Shown piece after piece: positions 1 to 8,961 of a stretch of 32,000 bases of DNA. The stretch is from Halomicrobium mukohataei DSM 12286 (GTDB lineage: Archaea; Halobacteriota; Halobacteria; Halobacteriales; Haloarculaceae), in contig NC_013201.1 in NCBI RefSeq assembly GCF_000023965.1, forward strand, positions 180,001 to 212,000, written 5' to 3'. Every line of letters begins with the position of its first letter. Positions within the stretch are counted from its first letter, which is position 1. The position numbers and the translations under genes were made by a program. The notes under the pieces are model-generated. The model was not told where the DNA came from and did no database searches. It saw only the letters and a list, made by a program, of their open reading frames with translations.

Positions 1-1
1 C

Positions 2-1507
2 CTCGACGTCGACTCGCTCGTCGCCGCGTGTGGCATAGACGAGTCGGAAATCGAGTGGCGAAAGGAGTTCGTCGGCTTCGACGAGACCGACGAACAGCAC
101 CTCTCGGAGCTCGAAGAGCTGTTTCGGGCCCACACCGACGAGATCGCAGACGGCTTCTACGACAACCTGACCGATCACCAGCAGACCAGCGACGTGATCG
201 GTCGGTCGGACAAGTCCCTCCAGCAGCTCAAAGAGACCCAGTCCGCGTATCTCGTGACCCTCGCCAGCGGAGAGTACGGAATGGACTACTTCCGCGACCG
301 GGCACGGATCGGCAAGATCCACGATCTGCTCGAAATGCCGATGAAACACTACATCGGTCAGTACGGCGTCTACTACGACCTCATCTTCCCGCTCCTGTTC
401 GACCGGATCGAGGAACGGCTCGTCGACCGACTGACAGACACAGCGGCTCTCGCGGGCGACGGCGGTCCCCAGGCGGTCGAGGCAGGAACCCGAGAGTCGG
501 TCGAGGAGATCGTCGGCGAAGAACTGGATCGCGGCCTCGAAGAGATCCTCGCGGTGTTGCGGATCGTCAACCTCGACATGCAGGTCGTCGCCGACACGTA
601 CATCCACTCCTACAGTCAGGAGCTCGAACAGTCGATCGAAGAGCGCGAGCAGCTCATGACGGATATCGAACAGGACCTCGCAGATCCGATTCGGACGCTC
701 CGTGACTCCGCCGAGGACGTCGCCACCAGCACCGACGAAATCAGCGACATCGCTCGCGAACAGGCAGGGACGACCGAAACCGTCGGCCGTGAGATCAGCA
801 ACGTCAGCGCGACCGTCGAGGAGATCGCCTCGACGGCCGACGAGGTCGCGGCCACGAGCGAGCGTGCCGAGCGACTCGCCGAGGACGGGCGGACCGCCGC
901 CGCCGACGCGATCGAGGCGATGGAGCGAGTTCAGGAGTCGTCCGGAGACGTCGTCAGCGACGTGGACCGGCTGGAAGAGCGCGTCGCAGAGATCGACGAG
1001 ATCGTGGACATGATCAACGACATCTCCGATCAGACGAACATGCTGGCGCTGAACGCCTCCATCGAGGCCGCCCGTGCCGGCGAGGCCGGCGACGGCTTCG
1101 CCGTCGTCGCAGACGAGGTCAAGAGCCTCGCCGAGGAATCTCGCACACACGCCAGCGAGATCGAGGAGATGGTCGAGGAGATCCAGGCCGACACCGAGAA
1201 CGCAGTCGCCAGTCTCGAAGCGACCGCGCAGGACGTCGACCGCGGAATCGAGCGGGTCGAATCGGCGACCGAGACCCTCCAGGAGATCGTCGACGTCGTG
1301 GCCGAGGCCTCTCGTGGAATCCACGAGGTCTCGGACGCGACCGACGATCAGGCGGCCTCTGCAGAGGCGGTGGCGGGTATGGTGGACGAACTCGTCGACC
1401 AGGCCGACCAGGTCGCCGACGAGGTAGAGGCAGTCGCAGCCGCAAACGAAGAGCAAACGAAGACGATCCGCGAGATCAGCGAGACGGCGGAGCGACTCGG
1501 CGAGTGA
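2..1507 (+). CDS. hemAT: Globin-coupled methyl-accepting chemotaxis transducer (HemAT-like heme aerotaxis sensor); 5-prime partial, runs off the left edge
   Basis: The frame of track ORF 194..1507 stays open back to base 2 ([56 protein letters not shown]...), so the GTG at 194 is internal. The N-terminal part looks like a sensor globin ([30 protein letters not shown], candidate proximal His in RIGKIH). The C-terminal half is a typical MCP signalling domain ([35 protein letters not shown]). Confidence 0.85.
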   Translation, partial: LDVDSLVAACGIDESEIEWRKEFVGFDETDEQHLSELEELFRAHTDEIADGFYDNLTDHQQTSDVIGRSDKSLQQLKETQSAYLVTLASGEYGMDYFRDRARIGKIHDLLEMPMKHYIGQYGVYYDLIFPLLFDRIEERLVDRLTDTAALAGDGGPQAVEAGTRESVEEIVGEELDRGLEEILAVLRIVNLDMQVVADTYIHSYSQELEQSIEEREQLMTDIEQDLADPIRTLRDSAEDVATSTDEISDIAREQAGTTETVGREISNVSATVEEIASTADEVAATSERAERLAEDGRTAAADAIEAMERVQESSGDVVSDVDRLEERVAEIDEIVDMINDISDQTNMLALNASIEAARAGEAGDGFAVVADEVKSLAEESRTHASEIEEMVEEIQADTENAVASLEATAQDVDRGIERVESATETLQEIVDVVAEASRGIHEVSDATDDQAASAEAVAGMVDELVDQADQVADEVEAVAAANEEQTKTIREISETAERLGE

Positions 1508-1599
1508 GCGCCTCGGCGTGCGCGTACCGCCCGTGGTGTCGTTGAACATATTCGGCCCGTCCTGAAAGACATATCCCGGTCAATCCACTCCGGCCGAGT

Positions 1600-2944
1600 A
1601 TGACCACCCACAGGAGTGAGCGCGTGCGCGTGCTCGCGGTGACGGCAGACCCCTCGTTCGCGAGTTCCTGTGAGCGCCACCTCGGCGAACACGACTCCCT
1701 CACCGTCACCACGGCGGGGACGGTCGGAGAGGCGATCGAACGACTCGCTGGCGACAGGGGTGTCGACTGCATCGTCAGCGACCACGATCTGCCCGACACG
1801 GACGGGCTCGCGTTTCTCGAATCGGTCCGGACGAAGTCACCGATGCTCCCGTTCGTGTTGTTCACCAGCGAAGGGACCGAAGAGATCGCCAGCCACGCGA
1901 TCTCCGCCGACGTGACGGAGTATCTCGTCAAGGGGCGTCACGACGACCAGTGGGATCAGCTGGCGACGCTCGTCGTCGACGCGGTCGACTACCACCGTAG
2001 CCAGCAGGGCCTGTTCGATCCCGAGACGCGAGCTACTACGCTGTTAGACGCTGCAAACGACATGATCAGCGTCGTTCGCGACGGTCAGTGTAAGTACGTC
2101 AACGCGACCGGCCTCGATCTGCTGGCCCTCGACGACCGAGGTCAGGCCGCCGACCGTCCCATCGAGTCGTGGCTGTCGCCGCCCGACGGACGGGACCTCA
2201 CCGCGTCGCTGGCTGCCGTACAGTCGGGCGACCAGCCAGTCGAGCAGTTCGAAGCGACCCTGACGACCAGCGAGGACCGAGAACTGTCGGTCGAAGTCAC
2301 CGCGACGCGAGTCCGCTGGAGCGACGGCCCGGCGACCGTGCTGGTGGTGCGGGACATCGACGAACGGAGAGCCGACGAGCAGATGCTCCGACAGTTCCAG
2401 CGAGCCGTCGAGGCGGCCGGACACGCCATCTACATGACCGACCCGGACGGCACGATCACCTACGTCAACCCCGCCTTCGAGGAGATGACGGGATACGATA
2501 GCGACGACGTGCTCGGGAAGACGCCCGCGATCCTCTCCTCTGGCACGATGTCCGAGGAGTACTACGAGGACCTGTGGTCGACCATCACGAGCGGCGACGT
2601 GTGGGAAGAAGAGATCCGCGACCGCCGGCAGTCGGGAGCGCTGTACTACGCCCATCAGACGATCGCCCCCCTGACCGACGACGACGGTGAGGTGGTGTCG
2701 TACGTCGCGATTCAAAACGACACGACGGAACAGCGTCGGCGAGAGTCCCAGCTCCGGCAGTACGAGCACGCGATCGAGGGTGCGAGTGAACTGATCGCTG
2801 CGGTCGATTACCAGCAGCGGAATGGGGCTCTGGCTGGTCAAACGGATCGTGACCGCCGTCGACGGCACACTCCAGTTCGACGACGCCGAGCCACGAGGGA
2901 GCGCCGTCACACTCGTCCTCCCCGGCGGGAGCCGGGCAGAGTGA
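1600..2944 (+). pseudogene. Receiver-PAS-PAS sensor histidine kinase remnant with an internal out-of-frame deletion (HisKA and most of HATPase_c missing)
   Basis: Frame 1 from ATG 1600 gives a receiver domain (IVSDHDLPDTDGLAFLESVR), two PAS domains (e.g. FQRAVEAAGHAIYMTDPDGTITYVNPAFEEMTGY) and the start of a third (HAIEGASELIAAVDYQQR). From about 2820 it turns into Arg-rich nonsense. Frame 2 from 2795 to TGA 2942-2944 reads SLRSITSSGMGLWLVKRIVTAVDGTLQFDDAEPRGSAVTLVLPGGSRAE, the G2-box/C-terminal end of an HATPase_c domain. Confidence 0.7.
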
Positions 2945-2949
2945 ACAGC

Positions 2950-4245
2950 TCAGGGCCAGAGACCTCTGGCCTCGTGGGCCGCTGCGATGCGCTCCAGGGC
3001 GACGGTGTAGGCGGCGTCGCGCCACCGAACGTCTCGCTCGTCGAACGCGTCGCGAACGTCGCGCCACGCGGCGAGCATCTCGCTTTCGAGTTCGTCGTTG
3101 ACGCGCTCTCTGGACCAGGAGCGGCGATTGATGTCCTGGAGCCACTCGAAGTACGACACCGTGACGCCGCCCGCGTTCGCGAGGATGTCGGGAATCACGG
3201 GGAGCGAGCGGTCGGCGAAGATCTCGTCTGCGGCGCTGGTCGTCGGTCCGTTGGCACCCTCGACGACGAGGTCGGCCCGCACGTCGGCGGCGTTCTCGGC
3301 CGTCAGGACGTTGCCGAGCGCGGCCGGAACGAGCACGTCGACGTCGAGTTCGAGTAGTTCGTCGTTGGTGATCGTGTGGGGGACCGACTGGCGCGTAACC
3401 GCCTCTGGCTCCTCGTCGTGGCTGGGAATCGAGTGGGTGTCGAGGCCGTCCGGATCGTAGATCGCGCCGTTGACGTCGCTGACGGCGACGACCGTCGCGC
3501 CCCAGTCGTCGAGGAGTCGGGCGGCGTTCGCGCCGACGCTGCCGTACCCCTGGATCGCGACCGTGGTCGCCGAGAGGTCCGTCTCGTAGTACTCGACGGC
3601 CTCGCGGGTGACGATCGCGACGCTCCGGCCAGGGGCCTCGTCGCGGCCGTAGCTCCCGCCGACGGCCGGCGGTTTCCCCGTCACGACGCCGGGCACCGTC
3701 TCGCCTTCCTGCATCGAGTAGGCGTCCATGAGCCAGGCCATCGTCTGTGGATCGGTGCCCATGTCCGGGGCCGGAATGTCCCTGTTCGGGCCGATACTGT
3801 CACGGATCTCCTCGGCGAATCGACGCGTGAGCCGCTCTTTCTCGGACGGGCTGAGTCGCTTGGGGTCGACTGCGATCCCGCCTTTCGCTCCGCCAAAGGG
3901 GATGTCCATGACCGCGCACTTCCAGGTCATCCACATCCCGAGGCCGACACACTCGTCTCTGGTCACTTCGGGGTGGTACCGGAGACCGCCCTTGTGAGGT
4001 CCACGGACGCTGTCGTGCTGGGCTCGATACCCCGTGAACACCTCGACAGAGCCGTCGTCACGCTCGATGGGGACGGTAACTTCCTGGACCTTCGTTGGGT
4101 GTTTGAGCCGCTCGACGATGGCGGGATCGATGTCGAGGTGGGCCGCGGCTCGGTAGAGCTGTCGGCGCGCCGTTTCGACGGCGGACTCCGGGTCCGACGC
4201 CGCTTCCGACTCGTCGCGGTCGGCCGCTACTGATTCTGAGGCCAT
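2950..4245 (-). CDS. gdhA: Glutamate dehydrogenase (Glu/Leu/Phe/Val dehydrogenase family)
   Basis: The translation from the internal ATG at 4245 ([30 protein letters not shown]...) contains canonical GDH motifs: [43 protein letters not shown]. The 57 residues upstream in the track ORF are basic and non-protein-like. Confidence 0.95.
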   Translation of the reverse strand: MASESVAADRDESEAASDPESAVETARRQLYRAAAHLDIDPAIVERLKHPTKVQEVTVPIERDDGSVEVFTGYRAQHDSVRGPHKGGLRYHPEVTRDECVGLGMWMTWKCAVMDIPFGGAKGGIAVDPKRLSPSEKERLTRRFAEEIRDSIGPNRDIPAPDMGTDPQTMAWLMDAYSMQEGETVPGVVTGKPPAVGGSYGRDEAPGRSVAIVTREAVEYYETDLSATTVAIQGYGSVGANAARLLDDWGATVVAVSDVNGAIYDPDGLDTHSIPSHDEEPEAVTRQSVPHTITNDELLELDVDVLVPAALGNVLTAENAADVRADLVVEGANGPTTSAADEIFADRSLPVIPDILANAGGVTVSYFEWLQDINRRSWSRERVNDELESEMLAAWRDVRDAFDERDVRWRDAAYTVALERIAAAHEARGLWP

Positions 4246-4388
4246 CACTCGATCGGTGTCAGGCGGTTCCGTATCTCGCCGCCACACTCCGGGCAGGCGG
4301 TCGGCTTGTCCTCGGTGACGACGATCGTTCCACAGTCGAAGCACTCGTACGGCGTCTCTTCTTCGGGCTCCTGATTGACATCTCTCAT
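4245..4388 (-). CDS. Small zinc-ribbon protein, 47 aa, two CxxC pairs; translationally coupled to gdhA
   Basis: Hand translation of the minus strand gives [47 protein letters not shown], with ATG at 4388-4386. Its TGA (4247-4245) overlaps the gdhA ATG (4245-4243) as TGATG. It is acidic, has a CxxC-x12-CxxC pattern, and is below the 60-aa cutoff of the supplied track. Confidence 0.6.
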   Translation of the reverse strand: MRDVNQEPEEETPYECFDCGTIVVTEDKPTACPECGGEIRNRLTPIE

Positions 4389-4400
4389 GTAGGGTCACGA

Positions 4401-4451
4401 GTGCCATCGGCGGCACTCGGTTAAGGAGTATTAGGTGTTTTAGGGAGTATT
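4401..4451 (-). promoter_or_regulatory. Candidate promoter/operator region of the zinc-ribbon/gdhA operon
   Basis: GTGCC-N6-GGCAC palindrome at 4401-4416. TTAA-containing TATA-like stretch near 4420-4423, about 30 nt upstream of the ATG at 4388. Two direct GGAGTATT repeats at 4425-4432 and 4444-4451, 19 bp apart. Confidence 0.3.
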
Positions 4452-4489
4452 CAGTGGTTCACTATCGAGGTGCATGGCGGTGGTCGTGG

Positions 4490-7348
4490 TTAACTATTGA
4501 ACCTGCCAGACTCCAGGAGTCCGTATGCCTCGAACACCGCCGTGAACAGCTTCTGCTGGACGGCTCTGACGTGCTGGTAGAACGCGGGTGGGGAGATGTC
4601 GAGCATCGCCGCGAGTTCCTTGCCGTTGGTCTCTCGGGGCGACTCGAAGAACCCGCTGTAGTAGGCTGTCTGGACCACTTCCAGTTGCCGCTCGGTCATC
4701 TCGTCGAGGACGGTCGAGCGAACGTCGTGCTGTGTGGGTCGCTCGACGCTCCGTCTGGAGCGGAGTTCGACGTTGGACACCGTCTGGCCGATCAGTTCCG
4801 TGATCTCCCGCACGGTGATGCGCTCTGGCACGTCGACACGGAGCTCGGTGCCCCCCTGACTGGCGGTGACCTCCCGGAGGAGCGCGCCGTGGTCGGCCAG
4901 CTCCTGTGCGAGAAAGCGCGCCACGACGAGCCGCACGACGCCGCCGTTCTCGTCGGCGCTGACCACCTGCACCTCGTCGACCGCCGCCATCTCGGTGGCG
5001 TGGTCGACGACGGCGTCGACCGGCGCACCCTCGACGGTGAGAAAGAGGGCGCTACCCGCGTCGGTCTGTCGGATGCCGCCCTGATAGCTGACCGTACACT
5101 CCGCCTGGTCGGCGAGCCGCGAGAGGAGGAAGGTCGGATCGTCGACCGCGAACTCGACGCGGGTGACAGACGGCGTGAGGAGCGCGTTCTTCCGTTCGAG
5201 AGCGCTGAGCGCCGACGCGATCGTTTCGCCGAGTTCGGCGAGCACCGCCCGCGCCGTCTCGTCGAAGGCGTCCTTCGAGTCGGCGTAGACCGAGAGGACG
5301 CCGTGGCTGAGGTCGTTGTACACGAGCGGAATGCTCAGGACGGACGTGAAATCGCGCCGGAGCGCCTCCGTTCGCCAGGGCTCGTCTCGCAGTCCGGCCG
5401 CGACGTTCGTCTCCAGAGTCACGGTGTCCGTCGCCGCGGCCTGGCCGGACGGTTCGGCGTCGGACGCGCCGACGGCGAACGACTGGCAGTCGAGATACCC
5501 CTGCTCGTCGCCGGCCCAGGCCCGCGGTTCGAGGACCTCGTGTGCGGGGTCGACGGAGCCGATCCACGCGAAGCTGAACCGGTCGCCGTCGGTCAGTCGC
5601 TCACAGACCGCCCGGTCGATCTCCTCGCGGGTCTCCGCTCGCACGATCGTCCGCCCGATCTCGCGGATCGTGTCGTTGATGCGGTTCAGCGCCGACAGCT
5701 GCTCGTTCTGGCGCTGGAGTTGCCGATCTCGCTCGCGGAGCTGTGCCTCGCGGGCCACGCGGTCGAGTGCGGCCTCGGTGGTCGCAGCGAACAGGTCCGA
5801 CAGCTCTCGGGTCACGTCGTCGAAGGCACCGACCTCGGGCGAGGCGGCGACGAACACGCCGTGGTCACCCAGCGGGATGTAGGTCGTCCCGCGAAACTCC
5901 GTCGCCCGGTTGTCCAGTCGGTCCGCGTGGTGAACGTCGTCGAAAAACAGCGTGTCGTCCGCGACGAAGCTGTGTCCCGGCAGCGTCTCGTCGTCGACCG
6001 CGACCGTCGGGAGCGGCCCGTGTAGCTCTGTCGCCGACGGCGAGTACGCCGCCGGCCGGAGTTCGTTGGCCGCGTCGTCGAACAGGTACACCGCGACGGC
6101 GTCGACGCCGAGGACTGCCGGGGCGTCGTCGACGACGCGCTGTGCGATCTCCTGGTGGGTCTCCGCGTAGAGGAACCGCCGTGCAGTCCCGTGCAGCGCG
6201 GCCAGCGCGTCCTCGCGGCGCTTGCGTTTGGTGATGTCCCGACAGCTGTAGAGGAGCGTCCCGTCCTGGATCGACACCTCCCGGACGTTGACCAGGAGCG
6301 TGTGTTCGCGTCCGGCCTTGTCCGTGGCCGTACACTCGATGTTCTTGCAGACGCCACGCCGAGCCAGCTCCTCGCGGTCGAAGAGGTCCTCCCCCAGCAG
6401 CTCCTCGATGGGCTTTTGCTCGCGGATCTCCGCGGCCGTGTAGCCGAAGATGAAGTGGACGTTCGGGCAGACGTACGTGTACTCCCCGTCCTCGTCGGTC
6501 ATGAGGACGGTGTCGGTCATGTTGTTCAGCGTCACTCGGTGGAGTTCCTCGGATCGGCGAAGGTCGCGTTCGAGTTCGACCCGGTCCGTGATGTCGACGG
6601 CCTCGACGACGATCGAATCGACGCTGCCGCCGTCGTCGACCGGCCGGACCGACAGGTCGAACACTCGCGACGGCCCGTCGATCGCCGCCAGCGTGACGAC
6701 GGCGTGGGCGAACGCCCCGTCGACGCCACGCTCCACGAGGCGTCGCACGTCGGCCCTGGTGCGTTCGTCGCCCGACAGCCACGGGAGCGTCCAGAACGGG
6801 CCACCCGTCTGTGCCGACGCCGCGTCGTCGCCGATCTCGCGAGCGGTCTGGTTCGCTCGCACGAGCGAGCCGTCGGGGTCGAGCACCCACGTCGCGGTCC
6901 GCGCGTCCGCGAACATCGCCTCGAACTGGCGTGCCCGTCGCTCGTGACCGTCGCGGTCCGGCGTCGCTTCCAGTACCCCCCTCGTCCGGTCGAGGAGCAC
7001 GTCGCTCGGTCGGTCGGCCGCTTCGTCGATCACGACGTAGTCGTCGACGCCAGCGGCGATCGCGTCGCTGGCTGCCGATTCGCTGCCGTCGGCCGCACCG
7101 ACGACGACCGGGAGCGTCGGGGCCACGTCGCGAACGTCTCCCAGGAGGGCGACCCCGGTCGAGTCGGGGAGGTCGTACGCCGTGACCAGACAGTCCGGCG
7201 ACTGCTCGGCGACCAGCGTGAGCGCCGCGTCGGCGGTGTCGGCCCGCAGGAGCGTCGTCCGCTCGTCGAACGCGGTCGCAGCGTCGTCGACCCACTCCGA
7301 GGACCCGACCAGCAGAATGCGTGCAGACGCGAGTGAGTCCAGAGCCAT
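4490..7348 (-). CDS. Bat-type (bacterio-opsin activator-like) transcription regulator: receiver-like domain, 2 PAS, 2 GAF, C-terminal HTH_10
   Basis: N-terminus ARILLVGSSEW...VTAYDLPDSTG is receiver-like. PAS-like segments are present (e.g. ELHRVTLNNMTDTVLMTDEDGEYTYVCPNVHFIFGY), followed by GAF-like segments. The C-terminus MTERQLEVVQTAYYSGFFESPRETNGKELAAMLDISPPAFYQHVRAVQQKLF is the haloarchaeal HTH_10 motif. I chose the start at ATG 7348 (MALDSLASARILL); the basic extension up to 7453 looks non-coding, so the start is uncertain. Confidence 0.85.
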   Translation of the reverse strand: MALDSLASARILLVGSSEWVDDAATAFDERTTLLRADTADAALTLVAEQSPDCLVTAYDLPDSTGVALLGDVRDVAPTLPVVVGAADGSESAASDAIAAGVDDYVVIDEAADRPSDVLLDRTRGVLEATPDRDGHERRARQFEAMFADARTATWVLDPDGSLVRANQTAREIGDDAASAQTGGPFWTLPWLSGDERTRADVRRLVERGVDGAFAHAVVTLAAIDGPSRVFDLSVRPVDDGGSVDSIVVEAVDITDRVELERDLRRSEELHRVTLNNMTDTVLMTDEDGEYTYVCPNVHFIFGYTAAEIREQKPIEELLGEDLFDREELARRGVCKNIECTATDKAGREHTLLVNVREVSIQDGTLLYSCRDITKRKRREDALAALHGTARRFLYAETHQEIAQRVVDDAPAVLGVDAVAVYLFDDAANELRPAAYSPSATELHGPLPTVAVDDETLPGHSFVADDTLFFDDVHHADRLDNRATEFRGTTYIPLGDHGVFVAASPEVGAFDDVTRELSDLFAATTEAALDRVAREAQLRERDRQLQRQNEQLSALNRINDTIREIGRTIVRAETREEIDRAVCERLTDGDRFSFAWIGSVDPAHEVLEPRAWAGDEQGYLDCQSFAVGASDAEPSGQAAATDTVTLETNVAAGLRDEPWRTEALRRDFTSVLSIPLVYNDLSHGVLSVYADSKDAFDETARAVLAELGETIASALSALERKNALLTPSVTRVEFAVDDPTFLLSRLADQAECTVSYQGGIRQTDAGSALFLTVEGAPVDAVVDHATEMAAVDEVQVVSADENGGVVRLVVARFLAQELADHGALLREVTASQGGTELRVDVPERITVREITELIGQTVSNVELRSRRSVERPTQHDVRSTVLDEMTERQLEVVQTAYYSGFFESPRETNGKELAAMLDISPPAFYQHVRAVQQKLFTAVFEAYGLLESGRFNS

Positions 7349-7620
7349 CAGCGACCGGCGAGTGAGTCGCAGGCCGTTTCGTCGTGGCGGGACGAGAGAG
7401 AGCGTCGGCGACGAACGTCGCGCGTACGTGACGTGGACATGGATGGTTGACAATTGAACCCCGGAGACAAAACGCTACGGTCCGTGGCCTACTGGGAGCT
7501 GTCTCACCGTCGGAACGACCGCTGTACCAGACGGCAGACAGCGCGAGTAGCCCGACCAGCCAGCGTGCTGGGACACGCGCTCGACGACCACGGTCGAGGT
7601 GCGCGCCGAACCGGATAGCG

Positions 7621-7707
7621 GTCGTACGGACGGTTGTCGGAATGTACCGGTGGGCGTCGCCACGGGGTAGACGCTCACCGGTAAGCAACGACAACGTTCC
7701 GTATCAG
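7621..7707 (-). repeat. 87-bp self-complementary repeat element, copy A; begins at the stop codon of the binding-protein gene
   Basis: About 77 of 87 positions are identical to the reverse complement of 22418-22504 (hand alignment). It contains a 14-bp-stem hairpin TACCGGTGGGCGTC (7645-7658) / GACGCTCACCGGTA (7670-7683) with an 11-nt loop, plus outer complementary ends TACGGA...TCCGTA. Confidence 0.8.
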
Positions 7708-8894
7708 ACGTTGCCGTTGATGATGTCGGCGAGGCGCTGTCGATCGAACAGTTCGTCCTCGGTGAACGCCTCGGGGAAGTAGCCGGTCGCGTAGCGCTCG
7801 ATCATGAAGAGGTTGTGAAGCGGCCCCGCATAGATCGGACCGCCACGGAACACCCGCCCCTCCTGAACGGCGGTCAGCTGGCTGCCGACCGGATGGTCCT
7901 GCATGTACGAGAGGATCGTGTCCTCGAATTCCTCGCGGCTCTTGCCCCGCTTGTGATAGCGCAACAGCAGCGAGTCGGGATCGATCTCCAGCAGTGTTTC
8001 GTAGTCGATGGTCCCCCTGTCGGTCGTGGAGAGCCCGTCGACGCCGCTCCCCGCGAACGCATCCGACAACCCCAGCGTGTGGTAGTGCTCCTTGTTCGCA
8101 CCGTTGCCCGACAGCCGATACGGCGAGAACTCTTCGGGCTCTTCGCCGGCAAAGACGAGCGCGGCGTTTGGCCGCTCGTCGGGGGCGGGGAGACGCGACT
8201 GGACCGTCGCGACCAGTTCGTCGTGCATCGACCGGATCGCTTCGAACCGGTCGCGCTCCTGAAACACCTCGGCGACCTTCTCGAAGGCCTCGTACAGCGA
8301 GTAGTACCGGTAGTCGTGCCACGAGTCCGTCCGCCGGAAGATGACGTTGCCGATGAAGGGGGCGACGTTGCTTCGGATCTCTTCGAGATCCTGCTGATCC
8401 CAGGCCTGAAACCAGTCGGTGACCGCGGAGGGATCCATGAGATGGAGGTCGGCGTCGATGTCGTAGAACGTCTCCTTGGAGATCCCGTCGTTCCAGATCT
8501 GCGTGAGCGAGTCGAGGTCGATCGAAACGCCGTCGAGCTCCTCGTAGTGGCGTGTCTTGTACCGACCCTGGTACCAGATCGACTGGGCGGCATCACCGTG
8601 GCCAAGCGCCACCATCATGTCGATGTAGTCGGCGGTGAACGGTGCGACTCTCTCCGGGACGCCGTCGAATTCGAGCGTGCCGACCGGTTCCATCGTGACA
8701 GAGTAGCGCTCTGTCTCCGGTGTCGACGTTTCCGTCGGCGTCGATGCCGTGGGAGTGCTCGACTGTGTCGGTGTCGCTTCGGAACCGGACTGCTCACTGC
8801 AACCGGCGAGGAGTCCGCCGGCAACGACTGCGCTGCCGTATTTCATGTATTCGCGCCGCGTCGGTACGTCGGACTGTGTCTCGTCGTCGTCCAT
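7704..8894 (-). CDS. ABC transporter substrate-binding lipoprotein, iron-siderophore/cobalamin (FecB/BtuF-like) type; no adjacent permease or ATPase
   Basis: Tat motif and lipobox are present (TRREYMKYGSAVVAGGLLAGCSEQ), followed by a Thr/Ser/Pro-rich linker typical of haloarchaeal lipoproteins. The body resembles periplasmic binding protein type 2. The family call is by eye. Confidence 0.85.
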   Translation of the reverse strand: MDDDETQSDVPTRREYMKYGSAVVAGGLLAGCSEQSGSEATPTQSSTPTASTPTETSTPETERYSVTMEPVGTLEFDGVPERVAPFTADYIDMMVALGHGDAAQSIWYQGRYKTRHYEELDGVSIDLDSLTQIWNDGISKETFYDIDADLHLMDPSAVTDWFQAWDQQDLEEIRSNVAPFIGNVIFRRTDSWHDYRYYSLYEAFEKVAEVFQERDRFEAIRSMHDELVATVQSRLPAPDERPNAALVFAGEEPEEFSPYRLSGNGANKEHYHTLGLSDAFAGSGVDGLSTTDRGTIDYETLLEIDPDSLLLRYHKRGKSREEFEDTILSYMQDHPVGSQLTAVQEGRVFRGGPIYAGPLHNLFMIERYATGYFPEAFTEDELFDRQRLADIINGNV

Positions 8895-8899
8895 GAGTT

Positions 8900-8949
8900 T
8901 TAGGCCAGCCTAATAACACAAAAGAATTTCTATCCTTAGGTGTACCTAA
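8900..8949 (-). promoter_or_regulatory. Two TTAGG-N4-CCTAA palindromes in the promoter of the binding-protein gene (candidate metalloregulator operator)
   Basis: TTAGGCCAGCCTAA at 8900-8913, 6 nt upstream of the ATG at 8894. TTAGGTGTACCTAA at 8936-8949. An A+T-rich stretch lies between them. Confidence 0.4.
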
Positions 8950-8961
8950 AAATAGTGAAGG

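Noticed and set aside
2945-3357. The C-terminal 170 residues of track ORF 1600..3357, which suggest a 585-aa protein.
   Set aside because: This tail is antisense to gdhA and Arg-rich. The true C-terminal kinase fragment is in frame 2 and stops at 2944, so the long ORF is read-through of a frameshifted pseudogene.
4246-4416. N-terminal extensions of several track ORFs (gdhA to 4416, DsrE-like to 9732, TusA-like to 9881, proC from 15301, PPOX-like to 25964, USP from 27421, IclR to 30630).
   Set aside because: The extensions are basic or Cys-rich and non-protein-like. In each case an internal ATG is followed by a typical acidic N-terminus and preceded by a TATA-like box or a coupled upstream stop.
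4454-7694. Very long overlapping ORFs (4454..6025 +, 523 aa; 5865..7694 -, 609 aa; 6155..7336 +, 393 aa, and others) on top of the bat-type regulator gene.
   Set aside because: They are Arg/Gly/Pro/Ala-rich, basic and without recognisable motifs. They lie antisense or off-frame to a gene with clear PAS/GAF/HTH_10 domains. This is the usual stop-codon-poor artefact of GC-rich DNA.
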